Positions 1 through 13,059 of a stretch of DNA of 64,000 nucleotides are shown in pieces. The stretch is from Octopus vulgaris. Its lineage: Eukaryota. The DNA lies in assembly GCA_951406725.2 (NCBI GenBank), contig OX597816.1, positions 76,198,001 to 76,262,000 on the forward strand. Reading direction: 5' to 3'. Made by a program: the position numbers and the translations under genes. Under the pieces are notes generated by a model. It did not search any database, was not told where the DNA came from, and worked only from the letters and a program-made list of their open reading frames with translations. How positions within the stretch are numbered: position 1 is the stretch's first letter; each line of letters begins with the position of its first letter.

Positions 1-430
1 TCTCTATTTCATGCAACAGAACGAAGGTATATTTAGGGCTATGAGCCCCTTGTTCACAGCTTAAAGCTCAATGCATTTCTTAGATGTGAATTATCAGCAA
101 TGGAGATAATGATAGTTATAAATGTCCTGTGAATATAAATACTGAGACATAAACCTGAGACTAATTGCGATATAAATATTGTTGTCATTAATTACTAATT
201 GTATACGACTTGAATTTCATCCAAGAAGTGTACAATTATCATAAAATATACACCAGAACATTCGAACGATTAATAAAATTAAATTATTAGACAAATGAGC
301 TAATTTATTGGCAGTATCAAATTCTAAATTTAGATACCGCTTAAGGAATTCAAGAAACAACTTCCATTGTTTTGTGTAGGTATGTATAAATGAATGAATG
401 GATATATATATGTGCATGTATATATCAAAT

Positions 431-740
431 GTGGAGGCGCAATGGCCTAGTGGTTAGGGCAGCGGACTCGCGGTCGCAGGTTCGCGTTTTCGATTCCCAT
501 ACCGGGTGTTGTGTGTGTTTATTGGGCGAAAACACCTAAAAAGATCCACAAGGCTCCGGCAGGGGGTGGGTGGCCACCCCTGCTGTACTCTTTCGCCCCA
601 ACTTTCTCCCACTCCCTTTTCCTCTTTCTTCAGTAACGCTGCGATGGACTGGCGTCCAGTCCAGCTAGAGAGGAACACATAAGCAACAGAAACCAGGAAA
701 CTGGGCCTATGAGCCTGGCTAGGCTTGAAAAGGGCGACGT
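431..740 (+). mobile_element. tRNA-derived SINE (family A head, V-SINE-like 3' part)
   Basis: A-box-like TGGCCTAGTGG and B-box-like TTCGATTCCC; 3' motif CTGCGATGGACTGGCGTCCAGTCCAG; T-rich end; the head recurs inverted at about 13240-13433. Confidence 0.8.
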
Positions 741-789
741 TTTTTTTTATATATTAAATGCATACATATATATGATGTACATATATACT

Positions 790-892
790 TCATATACATG
801 CATACATACATGCATACATACATACATGCATACATACACACATACATACATACATACATATATACATACATACATACATACATATATATACA

Positions 893-928
<36 letters not shown>

Positions 929-1005
929 TATGTATATATATATATAATATATATCTTTGTATGTATAGGTATATATATATAAGATATATATATATATTTA
1001 TATAT
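790..1005. repeat. (TACA)n/(TA)n compound microsatellite
   Basis: Direct inspection; explains ORFs 709-1110, 719-913 and 790-1101. Confidence 0.95.
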
Positions 1006-1006
1006 A

Positions 1007-1072
1007 TAGGGAAGCTTTATGAAAATAGACAAAAGACGAAGGCAGGTGGAAAACAAACAAACAATTGTATTA
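1007..1072 (-). mobile_element. Terminal fragment of PLE-associated pseudo-LTR family
   Basis: GGGAAGCTTTATGAAAATAGACAAAAGACGAAGGCAGGTGGA matches 15088-15150, 39120-39185 and (reverse complement) 51000-51053. Confidence 0.65.
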
Positions 1073-1076
1073 TTAT

Positions 1077-1406
1077 ATGTGAGATATATTTGCCATCTCA
1101 ATATGGCTAACCACTAAGGGTGGGTGTTTCTGTAGCTTGTAGCCCCAGGGGAACATCTCCTCCAGCTGGCTATTGGCACACTTTCTGTGCCCTATCGGTA
1201 TTTGCAAAGGGAGGTCATCCTATCCTCGTCAACCTAAGTGATACGCACGGACTGCAGTTTCTGGGTATTGACCCGTCATCAGCGCACGACAATCACCGGT
1301 TTTCGATGAAAGGAAGCCCAATGCAAATATTTATATCCTTTTCCAGTAACTTTTCGTCACTGATCTTGAAAAAGTGCCATATTGAGATGGCAAATATACC
1401 TCACAT
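1077..1406 (-). mobile_element. 330-bp hammerhead-bearing element with 31-bp inverted ends (PLE pLTR or retrozyme-like)
   Basis: 1077-1107 is the reverse complement of 1376-1406 (1 mismatch); internal hammerhead; body similar to 34440-34612. Confidence 0.7.
1244..1288 (-). ncRNA. Minimal type I hammerhead ribozyme, canonical core
   Basis: Minus strand reads CGUGCG-CUGAUGA-cGGGU caau ACCCa-GAA-ACUGCAGU-C-CGUGCG; palindromic stem III; GUC cleavage triplet; stem I extended by GUGAU/AUCAC. Confidence 0.85.
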
Positions 1407-1599
1407 TGTCGTGCAGTTACTGTTTATACCTCGTTCAGAGATTTATTATATATATAACAAAAATCAAAGTGGATGACAGATTTTCGTGTCAAGTTCATGG
1501 ATGTCTTCTAAAGTGAAGGTGTCCAGGACCTTCATCACATTTCTGTGGCATTTTGTGCAGTCTAGAATAAAACTTTATTGCATAGCAAACTTCCTAATT

Positions 1600-2150
1600 C
1601 TCTTTATACACTGTTTGTATTCTAAAAACTAGTCAGCTAATAAACACTGTTGCAAGCATTAGTTATTAGGATGTTTTGGAAGTGCTGTCATAACCGTCTC
1701 CCTCAATCTTGAATAAAATGCTGGCAGGTCACTTTACCTGATGGATACTAATAATATATTAAAATTACAATACTCTAGGAGAGTTATAACTGCCTCTTCT
1801 AAAATGTCATAAAACTTCTGGAATGCACCTAGTATAAAATGATTATGTACCTTTCAAAAGAAATTCCGTTACTTGAGTGGGTTTTATAGAACATCATAAG
1901 TGAATTTTCTAGTTCTTGAGTGAGTCTACTGAATAGTAAAACTTTCCGTCATTTCTTTGGAAGATACTGTTTCAGGGGGGCGCTGCTTTCTTAAAATTTT
2001 CAACTTTGCCAATGAGTACCTGAGATTCGAATGTAGCTCTTCTCCTATTGTAGTGTTCAAATTAACTGCAGCAAAAAACTGCATTGTCATCTGATATGAC
2101 AAAATATCCTTTGGTAGTATTAGAAGTGTTAAAATTTTCTGCTTCAATTT
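1600..2150 (-). pseudogene. Possible very degenerate Tigger/pogo transposase N-terminus (CENP-B-like HTH)
   Basis: Minus-strand peptide QELENSLMMFYKTHSSNGISFERYII loosely resembles the ELExxLxxW...GIPISG motif; many stops. Confidence 0.25.
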
Positions 2151-2913
2151 CTTTAAAGTTTTACTTTCATTTTGTACTGATTGCGTATTTTTTCGTTATT
2201 AATCAATGTAAATCAATAATACTCGAAATTGTCGCTGGTCCTCAGTTTATTGGCACGGAAACTAAAAAGATCTTTCGCAGACTCCATTTCCATAAATCAA
2301 TGTTTATCCATAATTTAATTTCTTTTCCTTGAAATTTGTATTTAAGTATGATAGTCATTTTCTGAAATATATTCCTTGAAATACTGACCGTTCTAATAGT
2401 TGAGTAGTGAAATAAAATTTGAGATTTACATTCTATCCCATTTGCGCATTCGTAACCCCTACTTTGATTAAGATATAATGCTTTGGCATTTGTTGAAAAA
2501 GAGAGGAAGGAACTTGATAGAAGTCTAAAACTTCATTGTCGTAATGTGCATCAGTTGCATTTCAGCAAGAGATTAATGAATTGCAAGGATTTCCATTAAT
2601 GTGTCAATTATCAAAATGGGGAGAAACTTTTCAATACAGTTTTAATGACTTGTGTGCTCCTAGTCTCAGAAGTATACATACGTGGTGAAGTAAGTACAAA
2701 TCTCAGCCATCGCACAAATATATCATAGCAGATATCATATCATATCATACACAAGCAAGTGTTAACAGAAAGGAAAGGAAACACCTCAAATGTAAGATTT
2801 CGTCCCCGAAGACGGAGGCTCGTATCATTCGACGATGGAATAAACTTCCAATCATTATTTTGGACCACGGAGCCCCCAGAAACAACAGTTGAATTTGTAA
2901 TACTCTTCTTCAC

Positions 2914-2955
2914 AACTGCCCGATGAACGGGAAACTGAAACTCTGAGTAGCAGTT
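2914..2955 (+). ncRNA. Minimal hammerhead ribozyme (decayed)
   Basis: AACUGC-CCGAUGA-acgggaaacu-GAA-ACUCuGAGU-A-GCAGUU: perfect 6-bp stem I, pseudo-palindromic stem III, U4C change, damaged stem II; about 50 bp upstream of a (TA)n run. Confidence 0.7.
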
Positions 2956-3000
2956 TTTGTGATATTATTCTGATGTTTTTGCTGTTTCCATTATAAAGTA

Positions 3001-3053
<53 letters not shown>

Positions 3054-3061
<8 letters not shown>

Positions 3062-3625
3062 GAGGAATGACCACCAAGGTAGACACCTAATATGCTAATG
3101 ATAGACGTCAAATTGCCTTACCACGAAGAGTGTGTTCTCAAAAATTTCAGCAAGACGCCAGAATGTAAGAATGGCCAAGACAAATGAAAATATAGGGAAA
3201 AAAAAACGATTACCTACGTACCAATAGTTTCGCTTGTTAATATTTACGAATATAAATATCTGCAAGCTCATCAGCGCAGTCTGTCGCTTACAAAACACAA
3301 TTTCAGAACTGGACACAGAACGCTCACCCTAAAGAGAGCATGTATAAATTTCTGCAAATTATATTTGGGGGTATTTTTCAAATGTCTTAATTAAAACCAG
3401 TGGCTTAGCATATTAAAAAATCCAAAGATTGCTGAAATTTTTCTTGAGAACACACTCTAGTGGTAAGGCGATTTGACGTCTATCTTTAGCATATTATGTG
3501 TCCACCTTGGTGGTCATTCCTCTTAATTTTGTATGCAATATATGCAATATCATTTTTAATCTTCGGATTTTTAAATATGTAAACCACTGGTTTTAATTGA
3601 TTACTATCAATTTCTACCCTCATTA

Positions 3626-3628
<3 letters not shown>
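3054..3628 (-). mobile_element. PLE-type pseudo-LTR with partial tandem and inverted copy, embedded in (TA)n
   Basis: 3054-3153 inverted with 3429-3530; about 3390-3428 inverted with 3560-3598; internal hammerhead; (TA)n on both sides; end sequence recurs at 12913-12995. Confidence 0.75.
3214..3279 (-). ncRNA. Type I hammerhead ribozyme, fully canonical core
   Basis: Minus strand CUGCG-CUGAUGA-GCUUG...(inner AUAUUUA/UAAAUAU hairpin)...CAAGC-GAA-ACUAuUGGU-A-CGUAG; G10.1-C11.1 pair present; GUA triplet. Confidence 0.88.
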
Positions 3629-3684
<56 letters not shown>

Positions 3685-3759
3685 TATGTGTGTGTGTGTG
3701 TGTGTGTGTAAATAAATAAATAAAACGTAACGACAAAATGACTCTCCTCAGACACAACT

Positions 3760-3829
<70 letters not shown>

Positions 3830-3914
3830 ATGTATATGCACGTGTGTGTATGCGTGTACCCGTGTTTGTGTGCACGCGTGTGTGTGTTTGCTTGTTTGTT
3901 TGTGTGTGTGTATT

Positions 3915-3948
<34 letters not shown>

Positions 3949-4566
3949 CGTGCGTGCGTGCGTGCGTACGCGTAGGTACGCACATGGCACTGATATATGT
4001 TTATTATTTCAAAAGTTGACAGTTTACAGACATTTCACCCTGGGCTGAAGGGGAAGCAGGGTAAGCTATTTGTAAATTCTATAAGAGCGTGTTTACTTCG
4101 TAAAAGTGTGCAAAGACTAGGTGGTATTTTTCTCTTGAAACTAATTTAAATTGTTGAACATATAACTGAAAGTTATCAATGGTGTGTATAAATGGGGGAG
4201 TTGTGAATATATTTCATTCTATTAAAAGATTAAGTCACTAGGTTTAGACTAGAATGTTAATTCATACTGTCAGGAAGGGCTGAAAATTCTGCGATGGGAA
4301 ATTTTTCTAGTTCAGAGGTTAAATTTCTACACTACTAGAGTGAAGTATTGCTATGAATTGGCCAAATATTTGTATATGAAAATAGCCAATATAAGTACAC
4401 AAAAAAAATACTCTTGCTTTATGTGACGAAGATGCCAGAAGAGAATATGATGTGGTCAATTCTTAATCCAACTGACGTGGAAATATTTTATTTGCTTTCT
4501 TTTCTTCATCTCTCCTTCCCTATTTCCCATTGTCTACATCTCTGAATGGAGGGGAGTGTACGCATG

Positions 4567-4615
<49 letters not shown>

Positions 4616-5782
4616 CTGTGTCTGTGTGTGCGCGTATGTATCTATGAGCATCTATGTAAACCATTCTTGCTCATCTAAATTAGTAAAAATATAAACATCA
4701 ACTGCATCCATTGCCGTTCGAATTAATTCCTTTAAAATGTTTGTTTTGAACCAAATTACAGACATCCCCATCAAATACCCACCGAATATATGGCTGAATT
4801 GATGGTAACATGAATCTACGCCGTCGATATCAACCAATTGCCTTAACATGTAAACTTTTTATGTCATGAAAATAAAACAAAATATTGGAATTACGAAGTT
4901 GATTAGCGTTAATTTTTCAGACTTCATAGGTTGCAAGAAGAGATAATATAATTCGATGCTATAATAATTCGAGAATGTCATAATTGATGTGCGTCACTTC
5001 TGCATTTTCTATCGTTGCTCTTTATACGTCTAAAACCAAATAACATGTTACAGGCATCAGCGGACGAGAAAATAATGTTTCATTGTTGATTAAGAAAATG
5101 ACTTTTGCACACATATACATCTTATCATTGTTAGAAAATATATGCATAACCCAGAAATGTATTTTGGCTTACAGGCTAAAAGGTTAATATCTCTAATCCG
5201 GCTTCGGCGAAGTAGTTATATAACGTATAACCGGATACCACAGTCAGTGCTCCTCTGGAACTGCATCTCTTTAGACGTTATTTTTGGCTCATATTTTTTC
5301 ATATTTAGCTAAATTAACTTAACATCATGAACAAGCTATCAAATTCCGCGTGAGCGGAGCTTAAGAAAATTAATGATTACAGTGTGTATACTTTATACGA
5401 ACACACATACATAAGTACAAAGAAACACGCGAGCGCATACACATATAAATACATACACCGCAAACATACACAGATATAAACTATCAATTAATTAACTATT
5501 TAATCAATATATAACTGATCATTCGATTCAATTCTGATGAATGTAATTATGCACTTATAAGTTATAAGTTAAAGACCCATGATTAGCAACGGAAATATTG
5601 ATGAAGTGGTTGGGATACACATTTTGTAGGGGTATCTTCTGGACGTTGACGATTGAAGATGGATTGAATTCAAACATTTGTAATTAGAAGCATTAGTATA
5701 TATGTATACATTCACACACACGCAAACACATACACAAATACGCACATAGAGTTATATGTATATACGTATATAAATATACATG

Positions 5783-6340
<558 letters not shown>

Positions 6341-6499
6341 ATTTGTTCCTGTATGTATATATATATTCCTTCACTCACTTATTGTGCTTCATGCGCTTCA
6401 AATCTAGGTTGTACTGACTGCGTATTTCCTCATTGTTAATCAGTGTACTGCAGTGATATCGGCGATTTTTCTTCATTTACATTTATTGGCGTAATTAAA

Positions 6500-6760
6500 T
6501 GCGAACATTAACGAGCTCGACTTTCATGATCAGTATGCGCATCCGAAAAACTTTTGGAAACCTCAAAGTTCAATTCACTAATCATCTAGGCAACGGTGTA
6601 TGTCTATGTGATCAACTTGATATTTCATGTCATTTTGGTAAGTGTATGTCCATTTTATACCACTCTTTTTTTCCCCTCTCTACATGCGTATTTAAGCATG
6701 ATAGCCCATTTTCCGAAATGAATTTCTGTAAATTATGATCGATTCACTTATTTGATTTCT
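6500..6760 (-). pseudogene. Degenerate LINE AP-endonuclease fragment (RTE-like)
   Basis: Minus strand gives KFISENGLSCLNT...KWTYTYQNDMKYQVDHI...HTDH, matching the APE C-terminal motifs WT...QIDHI...SDH. Confidence 0.45.
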
Positions 6761-7273
6761 GAAGAGCATGAATATCATTTGCTTTACTTCCAATTTGCGC
6801 ATTCATATCATATCTAATGATAAAGACATTATTCATTGTGATTCGTTTTTAGGTGAAGAAAGATACCGTCCACTGGTTCTGTATATAATTTTTAATAATA
6901 CACAAAATGCAATAGCTGAGCAATTGTCATTTCCTAAATCAGTAATGCTTGATGTAACATAAATTTTCTGGTCAATGGACAACTGTAATAATAATACTCT
7001 TTCGGGTTTCGACATATAAAGAGCAACAATGCTGTCAAGCTATAGGTTGTTCACTTAAAATATGACATTTAAAAACTGTTACAACATGGAATTCCATGAA
7101 TTATTTATCCTGTTTCTGATATACATACATACATACATACATGTGAATAAACATACACAAAAATATAAATATATATATACTTATATATAAACAAGCAAGC
7201 ACGCACACACACACATACACGCTCACACACATACCTGCACAGATATCGTGTGCATATACAAACATACAAACAT

Positions 7274-7315
<42 letters not shown>

Positions 7316-7321
7316 CTACCA

Positions 7322-7443
<122 letters not shown>

Positions 7444-7614
7444 ACACACACACATATATTTTTGCGTGTACGTGTGTCCATAAATAGTTTAATTTTCCGT
7501 TGAAGATCAACAGAGGAAATACCCTATCCGGTACAGTATGTAGATATGTGGTACTAATACGTTTAGTATCAATAGACCATGATTATTAGCACCTCTTACT
7601 GTGTACATTAAACG

Positions 7615-7660
<46 letters not shown>

Positions 7661-7669
<9 letters not shown>

Positions 7670-8399
7670 TAAAAAGAATTCCAACCTTGTCTGATTTTCA
7701 CGTTTTATTTACAATCTTATAATGATATATTATAAGATAATATATTATAATTGAATAAAATAAAATGAAATAGTAGAATGTTAAATATTCATTCTGATTG
7801 AACTAGTACTTTCATGCATTGAATTCTGCAATCTTCGGGTTCATGTAGTAGTGTTGACAGTCATGCTTCACAATTTTTGACTGTAGCAAGATGAGTGATT
7901 CTGTGCTATAAATACAGCTGGGTAGGCTCCAGAGTGCTAGGTTTTGCAAACTGTATTCTGACCAATCAGTGTGTAGTATCACTCAATTACTTAAGCTGAT
8001 TGGTTGGTTGAGCTGATTGGTTTAGGCATCACGCTTTGTTGGACAGGTCAAGAGTCCTGTATCTTGACCCTGGCCGAAGCAGCAATTGTTGGGTTATTTT
8101 TAGAAATGTTGTAAATATCCTTTGTCAGAGATTTTTATATTTTTATATTTCAATTGTCATCATCATCATTGTCAGCACCTTAATTATTGTTGCTAGTGGT
8201 GATGGTGGTGGCAATAGAACTTTTAACCCTAATAAGATAATTTTCCTGCTATCTTCGTCTTGATCACCTTTAGTATTGTTGTTGTTGTTAGTGGTCATGG
8301 TCGTAGCAGTGGAAGTAATACCTCTAAGTATTAGAGGTATTATTAGAGTAAATAAAACGTGAAAATCAGACAAGGTTGGAATTCTTTTTATTAATATAT
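7661..8399 (-). mobile_element. PLE-type 3' remnant with perfect 52-bp inverted ends
   Basis: 7661-7712 is the exact reverse complement of 8348-8399; abuts (TA)n on the left; internal hammerhead at 7799-7843. Confidence 0.7.
7799..7843 (-). ncRNA. Minimal hammerhead ribozyme variant
   Basis: Minus strand UGAAC-CCGAAGA-uUGCA gaauucaa UGCAu-GAA-AGUACU-A-GUUCA; palindromic stem III AGUACU; 5-bp stem I. Confidence 0.75.
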
Positions 8400-8438
8400 T
8401 CTTCTATACACAATCACACACACCCATATATATATATA

Positions 8439-8501
<63 letters not shown>

Positions 8502-9178
8502 AGAGAAAGAGAGGCATTTCTCGTATGTCAACAATATAAACGCGAGTGCTTTTGTGCACCAAAAGTCCTTATGAGAGATTCTCTCAAGGTAATCAATGCA
8601 GTTTTCTGTGTTCTAACAGAACCTCCACTACTTTTAGCATAGTACCCAGTAATATTGATAACAACCCAGTTAATAACCTTTTAGCATTAATAGGGTTAAC
8701 GCCAATCGTCTTAACAGTAATTAAAATATAGGCGACAATAAACGCCTTTGTAATTGTAGAAACTGTCTCAAATTTCCTGTAGAAAATTGGTGCTTAAGGA
8801 AGAATTTTATCTTTGGACGGTAACAGCTGGATATTTAAGATACTATTACAGAGGATCCTGTACCATTAAATACAGATTTAGGTTATGCAACCATCTTACT
8901 TCATTTAAATTTGGGATAAAAATTGTTAGTACTTATCTAGGTAAATGTATTTTAGATTTAAATGATAAAAGCATTAATTCCGCTATAAAATGGTCCATTG
9001 TATGCATGGCTCTACCATAAAATACTGGTTATTTTAGATGTGAACTTTGCCAGAAGGAAATGTTTTATATACTTTACTCAAAGCTTTTAAATTCTAGAAC
9101 TAACTTAACGATGAATTGCTCCTATATTTATAGGATAATTTCCCTAGTAAATAGATCTTTGTTTCTACCGAATAATGA

Positions 9179-9497
9179 AGGTGCGTGATTCAGTGGTCAC
9201 TGCGTTGGGCTCACATTCATGAGGTAGTGAGTTCGATTCTCGGACTGGGTCGTGTGTTTATTTTACGTTGCTCCAATTCACTCAGCTGTTGAACTGAGTT
9301 GAGACGTCATTGGTGCCAAGTAGTATCGGCCTATATCTTTCCTTTGGATAACATCAGTGACATGGAAAGGGGATGCTGGTATGCATGGGTGACTGCTGGT
9401 CTTCCATAAACAACCTTGCCCAGACTTGTACCGCGGAGGGGAAGTTTCTAGGTGCAATCCCATGGTCATTCATGACCGAAGGGGGTCTTTACCCTTT
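9179..9497 (+). mobile_element. tRNA-derived SINE (family B)
   Basis: B-box GAGTTCGATTC; body TTGCTCCAATTCACTCAGCTG; ends GGTCTTTACCCTTT; homologous to 52601-52912. Confidence 0.8.
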
Positions 9498-10754
9498 CCT
9501 TTATATCATCAGATTCTATAAATAAAGGGAGCACGTATGTAACCATGATTTTTTGTTTTGCATTTCTCATTAGTGACCCTCGTAAACATTTTATCATAAT
9601 CACCTCTATATTCTACTTCTGAATTAGTATCTTTTCGGTTCTTCTTTTACTTTTCTGTCCTTGTCCTTTCCAGCCACTTCCCCAGCCTTAGATCTCAACC
9701 TTTTTAATATCGATTTTCAATTATTATTTTGTGTTAATTACCTCGTTACTTCCTATGAGCTGTATCCTGTTTACTTTTCTATTCTATCGTATCACTATGT
9801 CTAATTTATAATTGTATAAGTCTGTAGCACTTCATCTGATAGCATTGATCTTTTATATAAAGTCTGCTTTGTACCTTTACTTATTGATCCCTTAATGTAT
9901 TTATTTCTGCAATGTCCACTGAAATCATTTTAAGTTTAAATACCAAACTAACTTTCCTTAAGATATCATATTTCAGCTCAGCTTTCTTTCTTCCTACCTT
10001 CTCTCCCTTTGTATTTTGTTAGTTACTTGTGTTGAGGCTAAAAGTTCAGTCCTTGTTTGATTTCCAAGTAGGTTTGCATAAATTGTTCTATATTTCTAAT
10101 ATCACAATTTATTGAATATGGACAGATTTATATATGGTAGAAACACATGAGGTATTTTTATATGCTGTAATCCTTTTATTAAAGAGGTGTTATACTTCAT
10201 TGAAATTAATGTCTTTTTAATATGCTGTGGAATTTTTTTCGGAATTCTCTTAAGCGAACCTTGGATTTACTAATCTGTCTGTCTGTCTGTATGTCAGTCT
10301 GTATGTATGTATGTATGTATATATATTATAATCTTCCAATACTGAAACACGTGTAGTTCTTTCATATTTGATAATTTTAATTATAACTTTAGTTAGAGAT
10401 AATTAAGGAAGTATATTTTATACCCTGCTGGTATACTGGTTATATCCTTTAAAGTATAATTTCGTGATGTGCAAATAGATACCACGACTTTACCTTCCCA
10501 TATGCTCATTAGATTTTTTTTTTTTTGTATTTTCTGAAATAGAATACCCGCATATCTGTTAATCTCCCAAACTGATTTATTATTGATTTTTATTATTTAT
10601 TATTTATTTCGTATATTTCTAGATAACTATATAAATAAATGATAATCAAGACCCCACTGTACGATATGCAGTTGCATGTAATGCAGAAGGATTGTGCCTG
10701 ATTGATTTGGAAATTCGTTTTCCCAAATTATTTAAATATATATATATATATATA

Positions 10755-10880
10755 TGTAAATGTAATATGTGACAATTATTCGTTAACCATGATAAAACTC
10801 CAAGTTTCGGTTGCCGAGGTGGAAATCCACGCCACCATCTCTTCATGGCTACCGAATAATTCTCACATATTACATATACA
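10755..10880 (-). mobile_element. Fold-back pLTR remnant containing a hammerhead with a truncated core
   Basis: 10755-10792 inverted with 10843-10880; minus strand aUGAAGA-gau-GGUgGC-GUGG auuu CCAC-cucg-GCaACC-GAA-ACUUgGAGU-U. Confidence 0.6.
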
Positions 10881-10961
10881 GATAAATTCCTCTATTTACA
10901 TAATATCGAGGTCTCTTTCTTTCTTTTGTTGTCTTACCGTTTTTATCAGTATATATATATA

Positions 10962-11028
<67 letters not shown>

Positions 11029-11030
<2 letters not shown>

Positions 11031-11190
11031 ATACGACGGGTTTCTTTCAATTTCCGTCTACCAAATCCACTCATACGGATTTGGTCGGCCTAAGGCAATA
11101 GTAGAAGACACTTGCCGAAGGTACCACGCAGTAGGACTGAATCTGGAACCATATGGTTAGGAAGCATGATTCTTCCCACGCCTTCGCCTA
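11029..11190 (-). mobile_element. SINE family C, 5' half
   Basis: Reverse complement of 11812-11975. Confidence 0.8.
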
Positions 11191-11454
11191 CATGTTAACA
11201 AACTGTTTTTGTTTGTTTTAGGAAGCGTCGAATGTGTATCGTATCTACATTTGAAAAGGAGCTGTGTATTTAGCGTTTATTTTACCGGTTATTGTTGCCA
11301 GCAGGCAGTTTGAGTACTCAGCCGGGTTCGAGTCATGTGGTTGTCGCCTGACAATTTTTTTCCGTCATGTAAGGGTAAAATACCCAATTAGTCTCCTGTT
11401 GCCACGACTATGCTGCGTTCGAAATATTACTTCCTTTTTTGTATGATACGATAA

Positions 11455-11495
<41 letters not shown>

Positions 11496-11565
11496 TAGGG
11501 CCCTTATATATATATATATATATATTTATATATGTGTGTATAAATATATATATATATATATATGT

Positions 11566-11606
<41 letters not shown>

Positions 11607-11811
11607 TATGTATGTGTGTGTGTGCGTGTTTGTGCTTGTGTTTGCGCGCGCGCGCGCGTGTAAGCCCTAAAAGTGCCAAATGTAAAGCCCCAATATATTC
11701 ACAGATTCTTGAAGAACCACGATAATGATATTGAAAAATTTAGTTAAACGTTTATTAAATTTTATCTACCTATCTTCATATGAACGATTTTATAACATTA
11801 GAATCAACAAT

Positions 11812-12226
11812 AGGCGCAGCAGTGGCTGTGTGGTAAGTAGCTTGCTAACCAACCACATGGTTCCGGGTTCAGTCCCACTGCGTGGCATCTTGGGCAAGTG
11901 TCTTCTGCTATAGCCCCGGGCCGACCAATTCCTTCTGAGTGGATTTGGTAGACGGAAACTGAAAGAAGCCTGTCGTATATATGTATATATATATGTATGT
12001 GTGTGTTTGTGTGTCTGTGTTTGTCCCCCTAGCATTGCTTGACAACCGATGCTGGTGTGTTTACGTCTCCGTCACTTAGCGGTTCGGCAAAAGAGACCGA
12101 TAGAATAAGTACTGGGCTTACAAAAGAATAAGTCCCGGGGTCGAGTTGCTCGATTAAAGGCGGTGCTTCAGCATGGCCGCAGTCAAATGACTGAAACAAG
12201 TAAAAGAGTAAAAGAGTAAAAGAGTA
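11812..12226 (+). mobile_element. Full-length tRNA-derived SINE family C with internal TA/TG microsatellite
   Basis: Head AGGCGCAGCAGTGGCTGTGTGGTAAG...GGTTCAGTCCC; CORE-like CTTGGGCAAGTG; (GTAAAAGA)3 tail; about 10 homologous pieces in the window. Confidence 0.9.
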
Positions 12227-12855
12227 ATGAAAACAAAACACTCATTTGAAGTGGTTCCATATAAAGAGTTTAAAATCTGAATGTACTTTTATCCCCTTTC
12301 AAAACTAGTGTTTTTTCCCTCCAAATTACAAATGCTACAAGCTATTTTACAAAAAGAGAGCCACTCCATGAAAAGGAAGTTAGCCATTCTAGAGACGAAC
12401 AAAAGTTTTTCATATAATAGAGAATTCTAATGAACTGAAGTTAAAAACTCCAGTTGCACTTTCAAAAATACTTGCAGCTATTAACGTTGATAGCGGTCCA
12501 CTTGAAGGGAATTACAAACACAAATCGAAGGCCATTGTTCCGCCGTCAACACTAACTCGACCAATCTCATATAGCAATTTAGCTACTGTCTAGTTAAAAA
12601 GTATCAATTTATACCGATATTTAGATACTTAAACTAAAATGTAGGTACCTTTCTTTCAATGTGTATTTAATTTTCGAAAACCCAACAGCACAATTTTGCA
12701 ATATTAAATGGAAAATCATGCTAAATCCTACATAAAATATAAAAAGTCGCATAAAGTTTGCGATTCTGAATCATAGTCAATCCTCTTCTCCAATCTCAAC
12801 TTTCACGCAGTATATATATGTACACCCCCACACCATATTATGTAGTTATGAAGAC

Positions 12856-12900
12856 CAGAGGTTCCCAACCTGTGGTCCGCGGATCCCTGGTGGTTCGTGA
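12856..12900 (+). mobile_element. hAT (Charlie-type) transposon terminus fragment
   Basis: CAGAGGTTCCCAACCTGTGGTCCGCGGATCCCTGG resembles hAT-Charlie left ends; no partner end found. Confidence 0.55.
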
Positions 12901-13003
12901 ATATATATATATAATAAGGGTGAAAATTGAATATTAATTTGATTAATATCAATTTAAAACCAGTGGCCTAGCATATTGAAAAATCTGAAAATTCAGATGT
13001 ATG

Positions 13004-13057
<54 letters not shown>

Positions 13058-13059
<2 letters not shown>

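Noticed and set aside
431-510. tRNA gene
   Set aside because: Only A/B-box similarity, and it continues into a SINE body; the same applies to the heads at 9179, 11812, 42250, 52601 and 55121
8560-9020. Possible RT relic (FSQG..., TYLG)
   Set aside because: Motifs too short and spacing unverifiable by eye
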